Source: Octopus sinensis
Lineage: Eukaryota
Direction of reading: 5' to 3'
Length of the DNA stretch: 19,080 nucleotides
NCBI RefSeq assembly: GCF_006345805.1
Contig: NW_021824379.1
Location: 1 to 19,080 of the forward strand
Under the pieces are notes generated by a model that did not search any database, was not told the origin of the DNA, and was given only the letters and a program-made list of their open reading frames with translations. Both the position numbers and the translations under genes were made by a program. Positions 1-9,104 of the stretch are shown piece by piece (position 1 is the stretch's first letter; each line of letters opens with the position of its first letter).

Positions 1-210
1 ATTATATATATATATATCATGCACTCACATATATGTATGCATTTGTGTGTGTGGGTGTGTGTGTGTACAATGTTCCTCTAGCTATGATTAGTATTTCATG
101 GTTGGCTGTTATTTCAGTTTCTTGTAGTGGAAAGATCCATGTGTGGTCCTTTAAGAAAAATACTCCTGCACACATACATACCCTTTGTGTCTCTCTCTCT
201 TTCTCTTTCA

Positions 211-245
<35 letters not shown>
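1..245. repeat. Compound microsatellites (TA)n, (GT)n, (CT)n, (CA)n
   Basis: Dinucleotide runs read directly at about 1-18, 47-66, 190-208 and 215-244. Confidence 0.95.
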
Positions 246-246
<1 letters not shown>

Positions 247-482
247 TGGAAATATAATTTTAAATACATCACCATAGAAACAAGACTGTCAATGTTTCCT
301 GTTATTTCCTCCAGGCAGAACATTAATAAAAAGAAAGAAAACAGTAAACAAAAGTAACTTAGTTTTTACCTAGAAGTTCTCAAAATAGAAATTTATGATT
401 TATGTCAGTCCAAACTGAACACCATTGGTGACATAAGATGTAATAAATTACATAATGGTTCCTTGTTCATTACTGGTACTTA

Positions 483-791
483 GTATAAATCTTGAAGGAT
501 TTCAGCTCAGGTTTATTGACTAAGTTTTGGTCAATTTTTGAAATGTTATAAAAAATATTACAAGAATCTACCATTTGTGTCAAAACGTCCTGCAGCAAAA
601 ATGTGGGAGATTTTGGTACTACAGCCTGTAGAACTAATTTTTGTATAATTCTTGGAGGATTTCAGCTCAAGTTTATTGACTAATTTTTGGTCAATTTTTG
701 AAATGTTAGAATTATTACAAAAATCTGTCATATCTGCCAAAACCTGCTGTAAAAATATGGGAGGTTTTGGTGCTGCAGCCTGTAGAACCAA
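483..791. repeat. Diverged direct tandem duplication, period 160 bp (483-637 and 643-791)
   Basis: Both copies begin GTATAA(A/T)TCTTG(A/G)AGGATTTCAGCTCA and end CAGCCTGTAGAAC(T/C)AA. They differ by about 20 substitutions and two 3-bp indels. Confidence 0.9.
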
Positions 792-888
792 CGTTTGTCT
801 CAGGTTTAGCATCAAAAGAGTTAATTCATACTGAGTTAGAGGAGGAGGTGCAACAGCAGCAGAGCTTATGACCCCTTTTGGGGCCTCT

Positions 889-1118
889 TTAACATTTAAC
901 ATTTAAACAGGCCATATCTGGCACAAAACTTTCTACTTGTTTTATGTTCAGCCTGGCCAGATCTGGCCTTTCACCCCTACCTTACAATGTCATTCAAAGC
1001 ATAAACAGTCACATCATTGAAATCTCAAAGCTACAAAATAATGCATGCTTAATTAAAAATAATGTGAATGAATACAAAATTACATTTAACAGAGTAATAT
1101 GAACAGTGAAAGGTTGAA
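889..1118. mobile_element. Putative degenerate MITE, piggyBac-like (TTAA-CCCTT ended)
   Basis: Resembles from memory an octopus MITE family. Ends are degenerate (TTAACATTT...AAAGGTTGAA), with internal GGCCATATCTGGC and GGCCAGATCTGGCC motifs. Confidence 0.3.
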
Positions 1119-1119
1119 A

Positions 1120-1295
1120 GTGGCATGTAAAAGCACCCATTACACTCTTGGAGTGGTTGGCATTAGGAAGGGCATTCAGCCGTAGAAACTTTGACAGATC
1201 AGATTGGAGTCTGGTGCAGCCTTCCAGCTTGCTAGCCTTGGTTAAACCATCCAACCCATGCCAGCATGGACAACAGATGTGAAATGATGATTATG
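1120..1295 (+). mobile_element. Non-LTR retroelement 3' tail fragment with (TGA)n end
   Basis: GGTTGGCATTAGGAAGGGCAT...CCAACCCATGCCAGCATGGA...(TGA)n, homologous to copies at 2900-3057, 8102-8320 and 11028-11280. Confidence 0.7.
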
Positions 1296-1464
1296 GTATA
1301 TATGTATGCATGTATATATGTATATATATATGTGTGTGTGTGTCTATGTATGATTATATGTATACACATATGTGTGTATGATCGAACTGGATGGCAAACA
1401 AAAGTGTGGAGTGAAGTGAAAGCATTTATATGGTGTGATGTATAAAATTATATATATATATATA

Positions 1465-1627
1465 GGCATAGGCATGGCTGTATGGTAAGAAGCTTGCTTC
1501 CCAACCACATAGTTCTGAGTTCAGTTCCCACTGCATGACACCTTGGACTTGTGTCTACTATTATAACCTCAGCCCACCTAAAGCCTTGTGAGTGGATTTG
1601 GTAGATGGAAACTGAAAGAAGCCCATC
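1465..1627 (+). mobile_element. tRNA-derived SINE family A, 5' head
   Basis: A-box-like TGGCTGTATGGTAAG and B-box-like GAGTTCAGTTCCC, ending GGAAACTGAAAGAAGCCCATC then (TA)n. Homologous to 7688-7850. Confidence 0.85.
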
Positions 1628-1840
1628 ATATATATATATGTATATATATAATACAAATAAGAAAATGGAGAAACAAATTTAGTTTGTTCATCAACTTTCG
1701 GATATTATAATGTTAGATTATTTATTCATTTAACAAAATGAATACCTTAATAGCATACATATATATCTTATAATTCAATACATATAAGATAAGAATACAA
1801 ATTATAAAAGTCATAATATAAATTATTGAAATCATTAAAA

Positions 1841-1981
1841 TCACTTCTTACAGCTGTTTCAGCCTATGGTTAAAAGTAGTTATTTTTATTTTTATTGCCT
1901 ATAGTTATCAATATATTGAGGTTGTAGGCATTTAAAAATAGAGTACTTATATACATAACCATAGGCCTCGTCAGAGGTTAT
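1841..1981 (-). ncRNA. Type-I hammerhead ribozyme motif with long stem II
   Basis: Minus strand: CUGACGA (1974-1968), 12-bp stem II GGCCUAUGGUUA/UAACCAUAGGCU (1967-1956 with 1872-1861), GAAA (1860-1857), palindromic stem III ACAGCUGU, GUA cleavage triplet. Stem I is weak (2 bp plus a bulged extension). Confidence 0.7.
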
Positions 1982-2201
1982 AAGGAACTTTAAAAATATT
2001 AATATTAATACATTAAACATGATACACGTATTATTTAATATATATAAAAAAATATGAACAAATATCCATATAGACATATACATATATATATACATGTATA
2101 TATATATATATGAAATGGAATAAGGGTAGAAATTGATATTAATCAATTAAAACCAGTGGCCTAGCATATTAAAAAAATCTGAAGATTAAAATATTTTTTA
2201 C

Positions 2202-2509
2202 ATACAAAATTTAAAGGACTGACCACTAAAAGTGGACGGTCAATATGCTAGATGTAGACGTCAAAATCGCTATTTTCCACGAAGAATGTGTTCTCAAGAA
2301 AAAACTCATCAAAATACCAAAGTGTAAAAAATAAGCAAGACAAATGAAAATATACGAATATTTTCATTTGTCTTGCTTATTTTTTACACTTTGGTATTTT
2401 GCTGAGTTTTTTCTTGAGAACACATTCTTTGTGGAAAATAGCGATTTTGACATCTACATCTAGCATATTGACTGTCCACTTTTAGTGGTCAGTCCTTTAA
2501 ATTTTGTAT
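2202..2509. repeat. Near-perfect palindrome, 152-bp arms, 4-nt loop ACGA
   Basis: 2202-2353 is the reverse complement of 2358-2509 with 4 mismatches (2238/2473, 2259/2452, 2281/2430, 2309/2402). Confidence 0.97.
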
Positions 2510-2529
2510 ATATATATATATGTATATAT

Positions 2530-2600
2530 TTCTGTGTGTGTCTGTATTTGTCCCACCACCATCACTTGACAACCAATGCTACTGTGTTTATATGCATGGT
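2530..2600 (+). mobile_element. SINE family A body fragment (continuation of the 1465-1627 head)
   Basis: TGTGTCTGTATTTGTCCCACCACCATCACTTGACAACC..TG.T..TGTGTTTA matches the post-microsatellite body at 7890-7945. Confidence 0.65.
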
Positions 2601-2604
2601 TCGT

Positions 2605-3057
2605 TGCCAGTGCCACCTGAATGGCTCCTTGTGCTAGTGGCACATAAAAAGCACCATCCAAATGTCATTGATGCCAGTCCTCCCCACCCTGACAAGGCTC
2701 CTGAGTTTGGTAACTCAAGTACCTTCTTCACCTCTTTCGTCGAATTGGCTCGCCATGTCATCTCTCTCTCCCTCCCCTCCTCGCCTTCCTCATGGCTCCT
2801 GAGTTGGTAACACAGTAAAAAGTACCATCCGAATTTGGCCGATGTCAGTCTCCCCGCCCTGACTGGCTCCTGCACTGGTAGCCTGTAAAAAGCACTCACT
2901 AGACTCTCAGAATGGTTGGCATTAGGAAGGGCATCCAGCGGTAGAAACATTGCCAGATCAGATTGGCGCCTGGAACAGCCTCCTGGCTTGCCAGTCCCCA
3001 GTCAAACCGTCCAACCTATGCCAGCATGGAAGGCGGACATTAAACGATAATGATGAT
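2605..3057 (+). mobile_element. Non-LTR retroelement 3' region with internal sub-repeats and (TGA)n tail
   Basis: Repeated units GCCAGT..CCTGACTGGCTCCTG...TAAAAAG(C/T)ACCATCC, then the shared AGGAAGGGCATCCAGC...CCAGCATGGA...GATAATGATGAT tail. Confidence 0.75.
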
Positions 3058-3661
3058 ATATATATCCTTTAGGATGCCTTCTAAGCATTGCCCACCATTC
3101 TTGCCTTTTGGGCCCTGAGGCTATATTTTGCTCATTTCTTAATTTTATTTCATCTTTGTCCATCACATTAAATTACATTTATTCACTTTTCTATGTCCAC
3201 TCTGTGTTGTTTTGTTCGCTCTTGGCTCTATATTCTCTGCAACATTCTTGAGCATCACCATCATGGGAACTTCTCAGTCTTATCAGTAATGGTGCAAAAT
3301 TAAGTAATACCATCTGGTTGCTAACTGATGAAGAATTCGGGACCTTCTGTGTCTGTCTCCCATCTTGTTTGTACACTCAGTATACATTGTACATCTTTTA
3401 CCCATCGTTTGTTTATTTACAATACATTTTTTCATTTGTATACATACATGTATGTATGTGTGTATAAACGTCCTCTTGTCAGGACACTCATATTTATCTG
3501 ATATTTGCAAGCATTTTGATATGTATAGTAATGTTTTTATTTTTACATATTTGACCAGTTTTTCAGTTAATTATATTTTAATACTCTGATTATAAATATT
3601 TTTTTTTTCATACTCATTGACTTCTCTGGTGAGAATTGTTTACACAAGAAATATTCCCTCT

Positions 3662-3693
3662 TACATATATATATATATATATATGTGTGTGTT

Positions 3694-3724
<31 letters not shown>

Positions 3725-3795
3725 ATGTATGTATATATATATGTCTGTATGTGTATATATGTATGTATATATATATATATATGTCTGTGTATGTG

Positions 3796-3833
<38 letters not shown>

Positions 3834-3840
3834 TACATAT

Positions 3841-3883
<43 letters not shown>

Positions 3884-3947
3884 ATATACATATATATATA
3901 TATGCACACACACATATATATAAACAATCACATACACACACACACAA
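3662..3947. repeat. Compound (TA)n/(TG)n/(CA)n microsatellite
   Basis: Read directly. It generates the spurious overlapping ORFs at 3567-4035. Confidence 0.95.
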
Positions 3948-4046
3948 CAGATTGAACAGATTTTATTTCTGCAGGTTTGAATATATATTGTCAACATGTC
4001 AGCCACTTTTCCTTGCTTGCATGGGACAGATATAATCTATTGAATC

Positions 4047-4117
4047 AGGTTTTCTGCAGCTGGGTGCCCTCCCTGTCACCAACCTTCAGCTGTCTCTAAG
4101 CAGGGCAATTTTTCCAT
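4047..4117 (-). mobile_element. Fragment related to the (TGA)n-tail family
   Basis: The reverse complement GGTTGGTGACAGGGAGGGCACCCAGCTGCAGAAAACC matches the family's GGTTGGCATTAGGAAGGGCATCCAGC motif. Confidence 0.45.
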
Positions 4118-4548
4118 ACGGCCATGCCATTGCACAGCTCTGAAGGGTTTTAGTCAAACAAATCGACCCCAGGACTTATTCTTTGGATGCCTAGTACTTA
4201 TTCTATCAGTCTCTTTTGCCAATCTGCTAAGTTATGGGAATGTAAATACACCAACACCAGTTGTCAAGTGGTGATGGGGGTACAGACACAGACACACACA
4301 CACATAGATATATGCATATATATGCATACATATATATACATATACATACATATACATATATATATATATGCAAACATACACACACACACACACACACATG
4401 TATATGTACAATGGGTTTCTTTCAGTTCCTGTCCACCAAATCCATTCACAAAGCTTTGTTTGGCCCAAATCGACAGCAGAAGACAGTCGCCCCAAGGTGC
4501 CATGCTGTAGGACTGAACCTGGAACCATGTGGATGGGAGATTTTCTTA
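4118..4548 (-). mobile_element. SINE family A, near full length, with internal microsatellite
   Basis: Reverse-complement homology to 7688-8100: head at about 4410-4548, (CA/TA)n at about 4285-4410, body at 4118-4285. Confidence 0.85.
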
Positions 4549-4659
4549 TGAAAAATTTGAAAGGAAGTACACTGCATGTGTGACAGTGACACACTCATTC
4601 ACAATCATTGTGCGAAGTTCATTACAGAAAGTTATAAATATATACCATGCATGCATGTT

Positions 4660-4661
<2 letters not shown>

Positions 4662-4699
<38 letters not shown>

Positions 4700-5090
4700 C
4701 CCTTCAACAGCTATATTCTTTGTTGTCATGGGTTGGATGGTTTAACAAGGATCTGATGAGCCCAAGGTCTGTATATGCTTTGGTATGGTTCCTATGGCCA
4801 GATGCCCTTCAAACCAATTTATTGTGTGTACTGGGTGCCTTCCTTGCATCATTTGCACTGCTGAGATCGACCTGCATCTTACAAGTCTACGAAGCTTCAG
4901 AAGTAGGGGTGTCCTTAAGTTAGATACAGGTTAAGGTATGAGAGAAGAGGATGGAGTAGAGCAGGGTTCTTGTTGCAGAAGGGTCACATGGCTGCTCACA
5001 TTTAGGAGAGAGAGTGAAAATGAATTGGTGACATCTCCAAAGAGATGAATTGCAAAGATGAGGTGTCCTGGTTGTGTATGAGGATGCTCT
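4662..5090 (-). mobile_element. (CAT)n-tailed non-LTR retroelement fragment
   Basis: (CAT)n at 4662-4699, followed by CATGGGTTGGATGGTTT...GGATGCCCTTC-like sequence, the reverse complement of the tail family. The right boundary is approximate. Confidence 0.6.
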
Positions 5091-5141
5091 TACATAATGG
5101 ATGCATTTCTTATGATATATTATGCTCACCTGAAATATATA

Positions 5142-5718
5142 CACAGATATACAGGAAGTAAATAGACACCTTTAATTTTCAAAATCCTTTATTTGATATT
5201 AACTGGTTGAAGGAGAGGTTTCCTTTTGCCACTCATCCATAATACCCAAGCTTATGCAGATATGTAACACGTGTTCTTGGACTAACTTCCAGCTGTTTTG
5301 CAATGTGAGAAGCCTTTGAACGGGGTTTGTTTTATACAATTCTCTTCAATCAGCAAAGATCCCTTTCCGAGGGCCCAGGTTGGCTGGGACGAGAATCTGA
5401 TGATTGTTTTCCTTGGCTTTTGAATTGCACTATAATCCTATCAACAGTAGCGAGAGGAATTTGAGGATTTTCAGCAATTTTTTGCTGGCTAAGACCAGCC
5501 TCAGATTGCCCAACAATACAAGCTCTTTGAAAATCTGACAGTTCTGCTGAATTTTTTGTGCATGGCATGGTTACTCTTCACAAATGTTTAATATAATGGC
5601 ACTTGGAATGAAACAAAATAATTACATTGTAAATTCTACACCGCTGAAAACATATCAAGATGCTTAGATCAGAAATTTTGAAAATTAAAGGTGTCTATAT
5701 ACTTCCTACAGGTCTGTG
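5142..5718 (-). mobile_element. Internally deleted Tc1-like DNA transposon
   Basis: 44-bp TIRs (5142-5185 and 5675-5718, 5 mismatches), TA at both flanks (5140-5141, 5719-5720), and a transposase N-terminus inside. Confidence 0.92.
5190..5568 (-). pseudogene. Tc1 transposase N-terminal HTH remnant (no DDE domain)
   Basis: MPCTKNSAELSDFQRACIVGQSEAGLSQQKIA..., continuing through stops and a frameshift as KASHIAKQLEVSPRTRVTYLHKLGYYG*VAK..PLLQPVNIK, then running directly into the TIR. Confidence 0.88.
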
Positions 5719-5913
5719 TATTTATTTCACTATGTGACTTCCATAGACTTATGGGCGTTTCATCACCTCTTTCATATAGTATTGGTTTTAGAATGGAAAA
5801 AATTATAAATTCATGATTGCATTAATATGCATGCTCAGTGTCATGCATACAACTGAATGTATACAAATCAAAGCAAGTAAGGAAAGGTAACCCCTCAGAT
5901 CATATATACTTAC

Positions 5914-5979
5914 AAATACACAAGTACGCATGCCTCCATCCATCTACCCATTCATTTCTAGCTGCATTCAGTCCTTCAT
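5914..5979 (-). other. Candidate exon (66 nt) of an unidentified transcript
   Basis: Acceptor TTCATCCCCAG after a 63-nt pyrimidine-rich GTAAGT...AG intron, donor GTAAGT. Open in phase 1 as xEGLNAARNEWVDGWRHAYLCI. No protein recognised. Confidence 0.3.
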
Positions 5980-6042
5980 CTGGGGATGAACACTTTGGTG
6001 ATGAAGAGTTGAATGGGATGTGAAGTGAATTGCTCTACTTAC

Positions 6043-6074
6043 AGGGGCAATATTGGAATAAGAATTTTAAAACT
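6043..6074 (-). other. Candidate micro-exon (32 nt)
   Basis: ATGTAG acceptor and GTAAGT donor. Joins in frame to 5914-5979 as VLKFLFQYCP|YEGLNAARNEW. Confidence 0.22.
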
Positions 6075-6173
6075 CTACATTACAGATTGTATTGAGTACT
6101 TCATTCAAAGTTACCTACTTAGTTTTATGACTAAGAATAGCTTGTATGTGTATATGTGTGTATACACACACAC

Positions 6174-6215
<42 letters not shown>

Positions 6216-6540
6216 GTATGTATGTATATTTATAGATGTATAGATATAATATTTGAACACACCCATGCATATATATCAACATTCAAACACCTGCAAATGT
6301 ATATTTTTTTCTATATGCAAACATTTCCTTGAATTGATGTATGTTTACTCAGAATCTATGTGTACAACCATAATTAGCACACACACATGCATTACATACA
6401 CGTGTAAATCCATGTACACACACTGATGTGGGTCAGACATTCCTCACATATATGCAATAACACAGACATATATATACACATATTATATATATACATATAT
6501 ATATTTTATCAAAAGAAAAACAGATGCAAAGGATTTAGTG

Positions 6541-6549
6541 GTACATATG

Positions 6550-6615
<66 letters not shown>

Positions 6616-6770
6616 GATAAATAATATATATGTATCATATATATATATGTATATATATATATTTATATATATGTATATATATATATATATATTATATATA
6701 TAATATATGTTATATATATATATATATTATGTATATATATATATATATTATTTATATATATATTATTTAT

Positions 6771-6805
<35 letters not shown>

Positions 6806-6831
6806 CATACATATATATATATGTATATATA

Positions 6832-6875
<44 letters not shown>

Positions 6876-6904
6876 ACATACATATATATTATGTATATAT
6901 ATAT

Positions 6905-6957
<53 letters not shown>

Positions 6958-7315
6958 TATCTAATATATATCTATATATAATATATACCACATATATATA
7001 TTATAATATATATAACATATATATATATATATATATCTATATATATATATATATATACACATATATATATATATACTATATCTATATAATATATAATATA
7101 TATAATATATATATATATATATATACACATATATTATATATATTCACATATATATATATATATACCCAATATATATATATATACACATATATATATTATA
7201 ATATATAATATATATATATATTATATATATATATAATATATATACACATATATATATATATATACACATATATATATATATATACACCTATATATATATA
7301 TAATACACACATATA

Positions 7316-7355
<40 letters not shown>

Positions 7356-7472
7356 TATATATATACACATTATATATATATATTATATAATATATATATA
7401 TAATATTACATATATATTATATATAATACATATATATATATATATACCTATATATATATATTATATATACAT

Positions 7473-7518
<46 letters not shown>

Positions 7519-7531
7519 ATATATATACATA
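6541..7531. repeat. About 1-kb interrupted (TA)n microsatellite
   Basis: Read directly. Interspersed TAA, CAC and TCT interruptions. Confidence 0.97.
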
Positions 7532-7687
7532 TGGCCAAGAACCCAAATGGAGGGCAGAGTTTTGATCTCAGGATCATCCTAATTCCAAAAAAGTGATATC
7601 AATGTAGAACAAATATAAGCAATGATACAGGGATCCTGGACAGACAGACAGACAGACGGAATTTTGTGTTTATTCATCATCATCATA

Positions 7688-8100
7688 GGCATAGGAGTGG
7701 CTGTGTGGTAAGTAGTTTGCTTACCAACCACATGGTTCCCGGTTCAGTCCCACTGCGTGGCACCTTGGGCAAGTGTCTTCTACTATAGCTTTGGGCCAGC
7801 CAAAGCCTTGTGAGTGGATTTGGTAGATGGAAACTGAAAGAAGCCTGTCATATATATGTATTTATATATATATGTGTGTGTGTATGTTTGTGTGTCTGTG
7901 TTTGTCTCCCCAACATTGCTTAACAACCGATGCTGGTGTGTTTATGTCCCTGTAACTTAGCAGTTCGGCAAAAGACCCTTTTAGAATAAGTACTAGGCTT
8001 ACAAAGTATAAGTCCTGGGGGTTGATTTGTTCGACTAAATGTAGTGCTCCAGCATGGCCACAGTCAAATGACTGGAACAAGTAAAAGAGAGAATAAAAGA
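7688..8100 (+). mobile_element. SINE family A, full length
   Basis: A box TGGCTGTGTGGTAAG, B box GGTTCAGTCCC, internal (TA)n(TG)n, body and A-rich tail AAGTAAAAGAGAGAATAAAAGA. Inserted in a (CAT)n run. Confidence 0.92.
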
Positions 8101-8101
8101 A

Positions 8102-8320
8102 TCATCATCATCATCATCTTCATTTAACGTCCATTATTGATGCTGGCATGGGTTGGACAGTTTGACCGGGCTGGCATTCTGGAAGGCTGCACCAGACTCT
8201 TAGAGTGGTTGGTATTAGGAAGGGCATCAGGCCATCGAAAACCATGCCAAATCAGCCCAGTCAAACTGTCCAACCCATACCAGCATGGACAATAGACGTT
8301 AAATGACGATGATGATGATG
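8102..8320. mobile_element. Two head-to-head (TGA)n-tail fragments (minus 8102-8200, plus 8201-8320)
   Basis: Tails point outward. The 70-bp arms 8102-8173 and 8253-8320 are complementary. Confidence 0.8.
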
Positions 8321-8716
8321 AATAAATGCAAAATTCTGTCTGTCCGTCTGGGACCCCTGTATCTCAGTCTATATTTGCTCTACATAGACATATTATACAT
8401 TTTTTGGAATCAGGATGATCTTGGGATTGAAAATCTGCCTTCCATTTGGTCCTTGAACATCCAGCATTGGGATCAGATCTGCATGAGGGTTTGTTGTATA
8501 CCAACAGTTGAAAATTCAACTTTTTAAAAGGACTCCAAAGATTTGTAACCTTAGAACTTTTTCATTTAAACTAAATTCAAACTAATACCATATTGATAGG
8601 GTAACACTGTATTAGTTGGGTACCGATAAATGCTTTATTATTATTGCTTTCATTAGTTTGGGGTCACAGGCCCAATTAGTCCTCCACAGGAGCTAGCCCA
8701 AAAGTCTACACAGAGT

Positions 8717-8927
8717 GTGCTGCAGATGCAGCACGAAGCTTTTGTCAGCGAACAGGTCGCGGTCTCAAAGGGACGAAAATATTTTGCCAAATTAAATTTA
8801 AATGTTGAAGTGAATCGAACGGTTTTGTGTGTTTCTTAACTGGCTTATAAACACCTTCCACACTGCAATTGTTTTCGTTCCAGCACACAATCTCAGATCA
8901 AGTCACTCGCTATGCAAGTACATCTCC

Positions 8928-8930
<3 letters not shown>
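8717..8930 (+). mobile_element. Short (TA)n-terminated element carrying a variant hammerhead-like motif
   Basis: Starts with an 8-bp hairpin GTGCTGCA-GA-TGCAGCAC, contains the motif at 8741-8791, and ends GCAAGTACATCTCCATA directly at (AT)n. Resembles from memory an octopus repeat family. Confidence 0.5.
8741..8791 (+). ncRNA. Putative G3:C8-variant type-I hammerhead ribozyme (degenerate copy)
   Basis: Stem I UUUGUCA/UGCCAAA (6 of 7 bp), core GCGAACA, extra G, stem II GUCGC/GGGAC (4 of 5 bp), GAAA, palindromic stem III AAUAUU, then a single U17 and stem I in exact hammerhead register. Confidence 0.45.
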
Positions 8931-8966
<36 letters not shown>

Positions 8967-9104
8967 AGTACCTTCTATCTCTATCAAGTACCTGCCCTGT
9001 TGGCTACCTCTGTAGCAATTGACAACAACTTGGTTGGTCATGTGAACAAGTCTATCTATGAATAAGTACAACAGAGTGACCCTATATCCTGGATCATTGA
9101 TATT

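Larger units (their letters stand above)
1651..2509 (-). mobile_element. Non-autonomous hammerhead-bearing (Penelope-like/retrozyme-type) insertion inside the SINE microsatellite spacer
   Basis: Bounded by (TA)n on both sides, between the SINE A head (1465-1627) and body (2530-2600). Contains a hammerhead motif (1841-1981) and a 308-bp palindrome (2202-2509). It may be two insertions separated by the (TA)n at about 2073-2110. Confidence 0.5.
7532..8459. repeat. Old fold-back (inverted) duplication with about 210-bp arms, interrupted by a SINE
   Basis: 7532-7687 plus 8102-8173 is the reverse complement of 8253-8459, including the unique-DNA/(CAT)n junction GAATTTTG..TTTATTCATCATCAT. Confidence 0.85.

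Noticed and set aside
558-902. 114-aa minus ORF
   Set aside because: It crosses a tandem duplication in shifting frames and divergence between copies is mostly non-synonymous. No recognisable family.
3325-3352. CTGATGA followed by an AGAA/TTCT stem (hammerhead-like)
   Set aside because: No GAAA after the stem, and no stem I or III.
3567-4035. Eight overlapping ORFs rich in YI/CV/HT repeats, and similar ORFs at 17-357, 4187-4594, 6426-7208, 15170-15523 and 18533-18948
   Set aside because: Translations of dinucleotide microsatellites, which lack stop codons by composition.
4753-4780. CTGATGAGCCC motif
   Set aside because: No downstream stem II partner with GAAA. It lies within a retro-tail fragment.
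5838-6023. Plus-strand exon reading AFSPSSGDEHFGDEELNGM*
   Set aside because: No supporting plus-strand exons. The minus-strand splice signals at the same locus are stronger, though also unproven.
7688-7770. tRNA genes at SINE heads (also 14400-14477 and the family B heads)
   Set aside because: They have A/B boxes but no complete cloverleaf and continue into SINE bodies, so they are tRNA-derived SINEs.
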